Assembly (NCBI GenBank): GCA_041671025.1
Contig: JBAZCI010000020.1
Location: forward strand, 509-24,508
DNA length: 24,000 nucleotides
Source of the DNA: Patescibacteria group bacterium
GTDB taxonomy: Bacteria; Patescibacteriota; Patescibacteriia; UBA10025
Direction: 5' to 3'
The translations under genes and the position numbers were made by a program. This document shows positions 7,695 through 13,231 of this stretch, in pieces (position 1 is the stretch's first letter; each line of letters opens with the position of its first letter). Below the pieces are notes generated by a model that saw nothing but the letters and a program-made list of their open reading frames with translations, was not told where the DNA came from and did not search any database.

Positions 7695-8963
7695 CTAGCC
7701 CCGCAATTTCATCGCTTCAGCTATGCGCCCGATAGCGACTGCGTATGTTCCTATTCTCAGATCGGTTTTGTGCTGTTCAGCGGCACGCCATGTCGCATCA
7801 AAGCTTGAGGTCATTATTTTCTCCAACCGCTCCAATACGTCTTTTTGCGTCCACTGTGATCCTTCGCGATTTTGCATCCATTCAAAATAACTTCCCGTTA
7901 CTCCTCCCGCATTCGCTAACACATCGGGTACAACAGGGATGCCCCGACGGTGAAGTCTCACGTCAGCTTCGGGAGTAGTCGGTCCGTTTGCCATTTCCAC
8001 AATGGCTTTTGCCCGGATCTTTGATACATTTTTCCGGGTGATTTGATTTTCTAGCGCTGCGGGAATAAGAATGTCACACGGCGTTGTGAGAAGTTGTGCA
8101 TTGGTGATTGTTTTGAAATTGACGCAATCGCAAACCGTTCCGATGCAGTAGCATCCGTCAATTAATCCTTTTTCCTTTTTTGCCTTCATCACCATATCGG
8201 GATCCATGCTCTTCCCCTTCAGCGACAAGATACCTCCTCGTGAATCCGAGAGTGCAATAATCTGATATCCTTCGGCATACAACAGGCGCGCCGTATGATA
8301 CCCGACGTTACCGAATCCTTGAACAGCAACCCGCGTCTTTGCAGGAACCAGCTTTAATTTTTTTACCAATTGTTTGATGACCATGACACCGCCCTGTGCC
8401 GTAGAATCTTCACGGCCGTCTAATCCGCCTGCGGCAAGCGGCTTCCCCGTAAATGCTGCCGGCGTATATGCTCCGGCAAGCTTGCCATACTCATCGGCCA
8501 TCCATGCCATAATCGTCGGATTGGTGTACACATCCGGCGCGGGTACATCAACATCGGGTCCGAGAACAGGAAAAAAAGCATCGACCCATTGCCGGCTCAA
8601 ACGTTCCAATTCGCCAACACTCAAAACGCGTGGATCAACTTTCACACCGCCCTTGCCTCCGCCAAAAGGTATATTTGCAACAGCACACTTCACAGCCATC
8701 CAGAACGATAATGCCTTTACCTCGTTCAGGTTTACATCCGGGTGAAATCGAATACCGCCTTTGAACGGCCCTCGCGCATCATTATACTGCACCCGATAGC
8801 CGGTAAATACTTTCGTGGAACCGTCGTCCATCCGGAGAGGCAAAGAGACTTCAACAATCCGCTGAGGTTTTTTTAACCGTGCAACAACTGAACTGTCAAT
8901 CTGCAAATACGACAAAACGTTATCCAACTGTTCCATCGCTGAAGCAAACGGATTTGTGGCCAT
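7695..8963 (-). CDS. gdhA: NAD(P)-dependent glutamate dehydrogenase
   Basis: 422 aa. It has the Glu/Leu/Phe/Val dehydrogenase signatures KGGIRFHP and PFGGGKGG, plus the dinucleotide-binding motif VQGFGNVG. Confidence 0.9.
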   Translation of the reverse strand: MATNPFASAMEQLDNVLSYLQIDSSVVARLKKPQRIVEVSLPLRMDDGSTKVFTGYRVQYNDARGPFKGGIRFHPDVNLNEVKALSFWMAVKCAVANIPFGGGKGGVKVDPRVLSVGELERLSRQWVDAFFPVLGPDVDVPAPDVYTNPTIMAWMADEYGKLAGAYTPAAFTGKPLAAGGLDGREDSTAQGGVMVIKQLVKKLKLVPAKTRVAVQGFGNVGYHTARLLYAEGYQIIALSDSRGGILSLKGKSMDPDMVMKAKKEKGLIDGCYCIGTVCDCVNFKTITNAQLLTTPCDILIPAALENQITRKNVSKIRAKAIVEMANGPTTPEADVRLHRRGIPVVPDVLANAGGVTGSYFEWMQNREGSQWTQKDVLERLEKIMTSSFDATWRAAEQHKTDLRIGTYAVAIGRIAEAMKLRG

Positions 8964-8981
8964 AGTGATGAATACAGTGAA

Positions 8982-9311
8982 TTAGCTCCCGAGAACTTTT
9001 TCGAACGCCTCGTCAATTTTGGCCTTGTCTTGCAACCCCACACCCTGCCACACCGGCTTGCCCTGCTTGAACATAATCAACGTGGGAATACTTAAGATTC
9101 CGTACTGCTGGGGAAACTGCGGATTCTGATCAACTTCCATAGTGGCCACTTTTGCCTTGCCCTCATACGCTTTTGCAACCTCTTCGATAATTGGTCCTTG
9201 TAATTTGCATGGCGGACACCACTCCGCCCAAAAATCTACAAGCACCGGCTTATCCATTTCATTGAGTACTTCCTGCTGAAATGTACCATCGGTTAATTTA
9301 ATTTCTGCCAT
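8982..9311 (-). CDS. trxA: thioredoxin with WCPPC active site
   Basis: 109 aa. The sequence VLVDFWAEWCPPCK ... SIPTLIMFKQGK shows the thioredoxin fold motifs, including the cis-Pro region. The active site reads CPPC rather than the canonical CGPC. The gene lies 18 nt upstream of gdh, so the two are probably co-transcribed. Confidence 0.9.
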   Translation of the reverse strand: MAEIKLTDGTFQQEVLNEMDKPVLVDFWAEWCPPCKLQGPIIEEVAKAYEGKAKVATMEVDQNPQFPQQYGILSIPTLIMFKQGKPVWQGVGLQDKAKIDEAFEKVLGS

Positions 9312-9338
9312 ATGTGTAGAGTGAATAAAAAAATAAAA

Positions 9339-9367
9339 CGTGAAATTTAGTATACTCCCTCATCTTT
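9339..9367 (-). promoter_or_regulatory. candidate promoter for trxA-gdhA, TTGTTT (9367..9362) - 17 nt - TATACT (9344..9339)
   Basis: Read directly on the minus strand. The -35 element is weak. The leader is about 27 nt and has no SD. Confidence 0.4.
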
Positions 9368-9415
9368 CTCAAAACAAGACAGCACAGTTTCCAAGCCTGC
9401 GTCCCGCATCAGACA

Positions 9416-9664
9416 TTATGTATAGTGAAATAATGTCCGCGCAACGTCCTTGAGACGCCTCTGCGTACTCTTGTCTGAAGACCGTACACACAGCTCGGTT
9501 TCCTGTTCGAGCAGTTTGAGAGTAATTTTCTCAATCGAGGACCGCGTAGCCATTAACTGCATGGCTATCTCGCTGCACGGTCGGCATTTCTGCACCATGC
9601 GTTCAACGCCTTGCAGCTGGCCCTGTACTCGATGAAGGTGGTGGAGAATATCGTCTTGGCTCAT
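9416..9664 (-). CDS. CsoR/RcnR/CstR family (DUF156) metal- or thiol-sensing transcriptional repressor
   Basis: 82 aa. The sequence LHRVQGQLQGVERMVQ..C...AMQL.A.RSS aligns with the CsoR helix-bundle family. Cysteines sit at 27, 30 and 59. The position of the usual His ligand (four residues before Cys59) is Glu. Confidence 0.8.
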   Translation of the reverse strand: MSQDDILHHLHRVQGQLQGVERMVQKCRPCSEIAMQLMATRSSIEKITLKLLEQETELCVRSSDKSTQRRLKDVARTLFHYT

Positions 9665-9681
9665 ATACCCTGTGGGGGTAT
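9665..9681. promoter_or_regulatory. candidate CsoR-family operator ATACCC-TGTGG-GGGTAT, abutting the csoR-like start codon and overlapping its -10/TSS region
   Basis: The pseudo-palindrome (C-tract/G-tract flanked by ATA/TAT) was read directly. From memory, it is of the same type as described CsoR-family operators. Confidence 0.5.
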
Positions 9682-9708
9682 GTTACCAACTGACAAAAAA
9701 GATGTCAA
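9680..9708 (-). promoter_or_regulatory. sigma70-type promoter for the csoR-like gene, TTGACA (9708..9703) - 17 nt - TAACAT (9685..9680)
   Basis: Read directly. The predicted leader is only about 10 nt. Confidence 0.5.
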
Positions 9709-9717
9709 CTACCGCCT

Positions 9718-9735
9718 TGTTTCACGTGGAACACT
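9718..9735. repeat. degenerate copy of the TGTTCCACGTGGAACAA palindrome (plus strand TTGTTTCACGTGGAACAC)
   Basis: It matches 16 of 17 core positions of the copies at 11259 and 12040. It lies 35 nt after the trmB-like stop and 9 nt upstream of the -35 box at 9703-9708. Confidence 0.7.
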
Positions 9736-9770
9736 GCTCAAACCGCCCATGATTCGGGAGTATAACGATA

Positions 9771-10520
9771 TTACACCGTCGACTGCTTCCACATGTAGGA
9801 GAACCATGTACGATAGCTCTGCGCCAGATCGGCGCTGTGTAAAATGAAGAATACGGTATCATCAGAAATTTCCATATATCCCAGTCCGGTATACGTCACC
9901 ACATAATCGCCAAAGATATGAATAGCTGAATTTGTAGAATATTCTTTAGGCAAAAAACGATACTGCAATGTGCCGCCAAAGTTCTTTGCAAAGTCCGGGT
10001 ACTTAGTTTTGATCTGATATTCAAAAAGCTGGATAAATTTCATTTTCTTGCGCTGAGCTTCCTTGAAAAAAGTTTTTCGCGATGATTCAAGCCGGGGATC
10101 ATACCATCCGCCCTTCGCACCGATAAAATAACTGTCCTTGCCTATGCGCAACATGTCACGGAAGATGTTTTTTTGTCCTTCAAGCCCACGATAAATATAG
10201 GCTTCCTGCGGAGCGAAACGGCTTTCAAATTTTTTACGAAGGTCGGGGAGTGCGTCACGAAGATGCTGCTCCTTTTCTGCATATACTTCTACCAGCTTAT
10301 CAGGATCAACCGCGTTGTACGTATGCTCAGATGTAGAAAAAATTTGGAAACACAGCCCCTTATCAATGAGACGCTGAATAGCATCATACGCATTTCGACG
10401 ATGCACTTTTGCGGCGATAGCAATAGTACTCACCGACGACTCACCTTTTTCAACAAGCGCTTCATATATCTTTGCCTCATTAGGGCTAAGCCCTAAACTT
10501 TCAAATATCTGTTGATACAT
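9771..10520 (-). CDS. TrmB family winged-helix transcriptional regulator
   Basis: 249 aa. The N-terminus LGLSPNEAKIYEALVEKGESSVSTIAIAAKVHRRNAYDAIQRLIDKGL is a typical TrmB-type HTH. I did not recognise the C-terminal domain. Confidence 0.75.
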   Translation of the reverse strand: MYQQIFESLGLSPNEAKIYEALVEKGESSVSTIAIAAKVHRRNAYDAIQRLIDKGLCFQIFSTSEHTYNAVDPDKLVEVYAEKEQHLRDALPDLRKKFESRFAPQEAYIYRGLEGQKNIFRDMLRIGKDSYFIGAKGGWYDPRLESSRKTFFKEAQRKKMKFIQLFEYQIKTKYPDFAKNFGGTLQYRFLPKEYSTNSAIHIFGDYVVTYTGLGYMEISDDTVFFILHSADLAQSYRTWFSYMWKQSTV

Positions 10521-10527
10521 ATTATGT

Positions 10528-10554
10528 GGTGTTAGTTATCACCCTATGGTGTTA
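10528..10554. promoter_or_regulatory. candidate TrmB-type operator: half-site array GGTGTTA-g-TTATCACC-ctat-GGTGTTA
   Basis: Read directly. It lies 8-34 nt upstream of the trmB-like ATG, in the divergent intergenic region. TATCAC-N6-GTGTTA resembles the Thermococcales glycolytic motif TATCAC-N5-GTGATA, as I recall it from the literature. Confidence 0.35.
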
Positions 10555-10630
10555 TTGGCCACTCTTTATATATATTCTACTCTTCCCTGTTAACAAAGCA
10601 AATACCCGAATCTAACAAACAGGAGGAACA

Positions 10631-11215
10631 TTGAAAAACCTAATAACCCTTATCGCACTCATTCTGGCGCCCGCAATTTGCCATGGACAAGAGGCTGATT
10701 ATCAAACCCGAATCCTCATCCACAAACAGTTTACTCAAAAGGCTACAAAAATTGGAATTGCCGGCTGGTCCATTATCCCCGATGCAAGTACAGTAAATCC
10801 TCTTCGGTGGCTCATTGTTTGCGGACCTATGTACAAAGATAGCAGCCAGTGGCTTGAGCTCATGGTCGGTGTGATGACGAATGGCATGACAAATATTGAA
10901 AAGGAGAAAGGCGATGCGATGGATTTCATATTTGATGTACGATCGAAAAAAGATTTTTCAAAAGGAGAGATAGCGTTTGAAACTTTTTTTAGAAAAAAAC
11001 GAAGCGCATTCATTTCATCTGCATCCTACTACATAACAAAATCAAAAAAGCTCGTCGTGGCATGTGGCGTCGAATCGGATTATTTTTTCACGAAATCCGA
11101 TGTACGATATGGGCCGAGATTCATGATCACCATACACCCGATTACATTTATTCAAACATACCACTTCAAACAGGGTGGAGATATCGTGAGGACATATATC
11201 GTAGTAAACCTCTAG
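10631..11215 (+). CDS. hypothetical secreted protein (194 aa), TTG start
   Basis: The N-terminus MKNLITLIALILAPAICHGQE is signal-peptide-like. A perfect AGGAGG (10621-10626) lies 4 nt before the TTG. A strong intrinsic terminator follows. I recognised no family. Confidence 0.6.
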   Translation: MKNLITLIALILAPAICHGQEADYQTRILIHKQFTQKATKIGIAGWSIIPDASTVNPLRWLIVCGPMYKDSSQWLELMVGVMTNGMTNIEKEKGDAMDFIFDVRSKKDFSKGEIAFETFFRKKRSAFISSASYYITKSKKLVVACGVESDYFFTKSDVRYGPRFMITIHPITFIQTYHFKQGGDIVRTYIVVNL

Positions 11216-11216
11216 C

Positions 11217-11248
11217 AGCCTCTTTTTTCCAAAAGGGGCTTTTTTATT
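11217..11248 (+). terminator. intrinsic terminator after the 10631 gene
   Basis: AGCCTCTTTT-TTCC-AAAAGGGGCT (10-bp stem with one G-U pair, tetraloop), followed by TTTTTATT. It starts 2 nt after the stop. Confidence 0.75.
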
Positions 11249-11258
11249 ACCTATTTAC

Positions 11259-11282
11259 AATTGTTCCACGTGGAACAATTTT
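11259..11282. repeat. perfect 22-bp palindrome AATTGTTCCACGTGGAACAATT (+TT); copy 1 of the pair flanking udk
   Basis: Self-complementarity was checked base by base. Positions 11260-11282 are identical to 12040-12062. It lies 5 nt after the udk stop. Confidence 0.9.
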
Positions 11283-11285
11283 GGA

Positions 11286-12041
11286 TTACTCTTTTTTTTC
11301 ATCTACCCCAGTATCGTTATGGATAACGATAGATGCCAACTCCTTTTGCGGAACAACAAATTCTTCGGTTGCAGGTAAAACATTTTCTTGAAATCTTTTC
11401 TTCACAAGATCGGGATGTATACCCCGTTCTTCCGCATCTCTGTGCAATTTTCTTTCCAACAGTGTATCTGGCCGCGCATCAACATAAATTTTAAAAGGCG
11501 TATCCTGATGCACCTGATTTAAAGCATATACTCCTTCGATAATAATTCTACGTCGTACATGAAGTCTTTCCTGGCCAACTCTTTTGCTATGAGACATGCT
11601 GTATAACGGAACCTCTACGACATCGCCGACTTGTGCATTATTTATTTTTTCAATATCATCCTGTATCCTTTCCTGATCTAAAGCCTCAGGGATACTGAAA
11701 TTAACACGACCTTGCCGCCTTTTTTGTAATTCTGATCCCAGATAATACCTATCCAAAGACAGATGAGTTTCCTCATCAGGGGAATGTGCTATCTCCTTAA
11801 TCAAGGTATCTTTTCCTGATCCGGAAGGTCCAGCAATAATTATAAAGTTTTTCTCATCTGGGTGATCTGCTTCCCATTTTAGCATTGAGTTTACCAGCGC
11901 TTCAGAACCTTCAGTAAGATTCGCGTACTCCATCTTTTCAATGCCAAAATCCTGAGAGCTGTCCTCTCTTCCTACATCATGCTCAGAACCTAATTCAGGC
12001 ATACCTTTAAATTCATCAATAATATAGACATTTTTCCGCAT
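11286..12041 (-). CDS. udk: uridine kinase family protein (PRK/uridine kinase P-loop kinase) with an N-terminal extension of about 65 aa
   Basis: ORF 11286..12143 is trimmed to the ATG at 12041, because the upstream codons overlap tRNA-Ala. P-loop IIIAGPSGSGKDT. The motifs SLDRYY, NFSIPEALD, VEVPLYSMSHSKR, IIIEGVYAL and KIYVDARPDTLLERKLHRDAEERG parallel the uridine kinase motifs. Confidence 0.75.
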   Translation of the reverse strand: MRKNVYIIDEFKGMPELGSEHDVGREDSSQDFGIEKMEYANLTEGSEALVNSMLKWEADHPDEKNFIIIAGPSGSGKDTLIKEIAHSPDEETHLSLDRYYLGSELQKRRQGRVNFSIPEALDQERIQDDIEKINNAQVGDVVEVPLYSMSHSKRVGQERLHVRRRIIIEGVYALNQVHQDTPFKIYVDARPDTLLERKLHRDAEERGIHPDLVKKRFQENVLPATEEFVVPQKELASIVIHNDTGVDEKKE

Positions 12042-12062
12042 TGTTCCACGTGGAACAATTTT
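12040..12062. repeat. perfect 20-bp palindrome ATTGTTCCACGTGGAACAAT (+TTT); copy 2 of the pair flanking udk, overlapping the udk start codon
   Basis: It is identical over 23 nt to 11260-11282. The A and T of the udk ATG (12041, 12040) lie inside it. tRNA-Ala(CGC) ends at 12071. Confidence 0.9.
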
Positions 12063-12070
12063 CACTTTTT

Positions 12071-12141
12071 TGGACCTAGGGAGAATCGAACTCCCGTCTG
12101 AGCAATGCGAATGCCCCGTACTACCACTGTACGATAGGCCC
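12071..12141 (-). tRNA. tRNA-Ala (anticodon CGC), no encoded CCA
   Basis: Folded by hand. Acceptor GGGCCTA/TAGGTCC with G3:U70, D stem GTAC/GTAC, anticodon loop TTCGCAT, T arm GGGAG-TTCGATT-CTCCC. Confidence 0.85.
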
Positions 12142-12146
12142 ACAAG

Positions 12147-12219
12147 TGGACCTCAGGGGACTCGAACCCCTTACCTCTTCCATGCCATGGAAGCGCTCTA
12201 CCAGATGAGCTAGAGGCCC
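12147..12219 (-). tRNA. tRNA-Ala (anticodon GGC), no encoded CCA
   Basis: Folded by hand. Acceptor GGGCCTC/GAGGTCC with G3:U70, D arm GCTC-ATCTGGTA-GAGC, anticodon stem CTTCC/GGAAG with loop ATGGCAT, T arm AGGGG-TTCGAGT-CCCCT. Only 5 nt separate it from the next tRNA. Confidence 0.85.
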
Positions 12220-12242
12220 ATTAATAAAGTGATTGCGTTTCT

Positions 12243-12314
12243 TGCCCCCACCAGGAATTGAACCCAGATCCATCCCTTAGGACGGGATTGTTCTATCCAT
12301 TGAACTATGGGGGC
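12243..12314 (-). tRNA. tRNA-Arg (anticodon CCT), no encoded CCA
   Basis: Folded by hand. Acceptor GCCCCCA/TGGGGGC, D arm GTTC-AATGGATA-GAAC, anticodon stem ATCCC/GGGAT with loop GTCCTAA. The T stem contains two G-U pairs. Confidence 0.75.
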
Positions 12315-12327
12315 GGAAAGTTTTATT

Positions 12328-12358
12328 TCAAAGAAAAATAAAACCTGTAAAAACAGGT
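12328..12358 (-). terminator. candidate intrinsic terminator after the small membrane-protein gene
   Basis: Minus-strand RNA reads ACCUGU-UUUU-ACAGGU (6-bp stem), followed by UUUUAUUUUUCUUU. The stem is short. Confidence 0.4.
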
Positions 12359-12456
12359 GTTATTGCTAATTACTCTACAACTCGGATATAATTTCAGACT
12401 AATATACTACTTTTATAGATATTATCTATAATTAGCCAAAATAATGTGTCGTAAAA

Positions 12457-12684
12457 CTATTTTATTAAAGTACTTGAAATTTCTGATGAAATTCTTCCAA
12501 CGATCCCTGAGCTTTGATCATACATATACAGACCAAAGAGCAAAAGGACAATAGCTACAATGAGCGCAAGTGAACCTACCAGCTCCTTGCGTACGACACG
12601 GGATTCAACATCCCGCGATTGTGATTCAGCCGATAATTGCTCATTGTTCGCCATATCGTACATAGTGTACAAAGAAAACCTCAT
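12457..12684 (-). CDS. small single-pass membrane protein (up to 75 aa; start uncertain)
   Basis: One clear TM segment, LVGSLALIVAIVLLLFGLYMY. Several in-frame ATGs lie near the N-terminus. I recognised no family. Confidence 0.4.
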   Translation of the reverse strand: MRFSLYTMYDMANNEQLSAESQSRDVESRVVRKELVGSLALIVAIVLLLFGLYMYDQSSGIVGRISSEISSTLIK

Positions 12685-12760
12685 TTAATCAATGGATCGA
12701 GCGAGGTATAGGCAGCTAGGTGTACGAAGTTAAAACGGGACAATAAGCGTAAAACATCGT

Positions 12761-12789
12761 TTTGACATGCACAATCACGCATACTACAA
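12761..12789 (+). promoter_or_regulatory. sigma70-type promoter, TTGACA (12761-12766) - 17 nt - TACAAT (12784-12789)
   Basis: Read directly. It overlaps the first ATG of the ORF track (12767), which argues for the downstream start at 12824. Confidence 0.55.
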
Positions 12790-12823
12790 TGAGGACGCTC
12801 TCTACTATTTTTATCTAAAAAAT

Positions 12824-13213
12824 ATGTTTGAAAAAGATGCTCAAAAAACGATAGGCAAGGAGGTAGAAACCGTTATCGGACCGTCCGTGCGGGTCGAAGG
12901 AAACTTTACCGGCGAGGGAAATATTGTGATTGAAGGTTCAATCAGTGGGACACTCAAAACTCAGCATAACTTGCGAGTCGGCAAAGACGCCAAAGTGAAA
13001 GCTGATGTGCAGGCAGCAAATGTATATATTGCGGGTGAGGTCCGAGGAAACATGAAGGTTACAGAGAGAACCGAGATATTATCGACCGCGAAGATTTTTG
13101 GAAATGTTGAAACAAAGATTTTGTCAGTCGAGACCGGTGCAATTGTCCAGGGAAAAATAACGATGATTGCAGAAAATCGAGAACCGCAGATCGAGAAGCG
13201 TCCAAATAAATAA
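12824..13213 (+). CDS. bactofilin family cytoskeletal (polymer-forming) protein
   Basis: The beta-helix repeat pattern is typical of bactofilin (DUF583): IEGSISGTLKTQHNLRVGKDAKVKADVQAANVYIAGEVRGNMKVTERTEILSTAKIFGNVETKILSVETGAIVQGKI. The start was moved from 12767 to the first in-frame ATG after the promoter. Confidence 0.75.
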   Translation: MFEKDAQKTIGKEVETVIGPSVRVEGNFTGEGNIVIEGSISGTLKTQHNLRVGKDAKVKADVQAANVYIAGEVRGNMKVTERTEILSTAKIFGNVETKILSVETGAIVQGKITMIAENREPQIEKRPNK

Positions 13214-13231
13214 TAGCTCGGGCACGAGTGC

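Noticed and set aside
12042-12143. N-terminal 34 codons of ORF 11286..12143
   Set aside because: They overlap tRNA-Ala(CGC) and the palindrome. The sequence MGLSYSGSTGHSHC... is simply the tRNA read in-frame. The real start is taken as the ATG at 12041.
12414-12430. 17-bp perfect AT-only-armed palindrome TATAGATATTATCTATA in the spacer upstream of tRNA-Arg
   Set aside because: It lies in a very AT-rich spacer where such palindromes arise easily. It has no second copy in the window and no clear relation to a promoter or terminator. I noted it but did not call it.
12767-12823. Longer N-termini for the bactofilin gene (12767) and, similarly, the DHH phosphoesterase gene (18082)
   Set aside because: In both cases the candidate start lies inside, or is itself, the -35/spacer of a well-formed promoter. 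I used the first in-frame ATG downstream of the -10 box instead.
13222-13228. Heptamer GCACGAG recurring at 13222, 16490 and 21550, twice 3-4 nt before an ATG
   Set aside because: Three hits of a 7-mer in 48 kb of two-strand sequence is about the chance expectation. It is not complementary to an anti-SD sequence.
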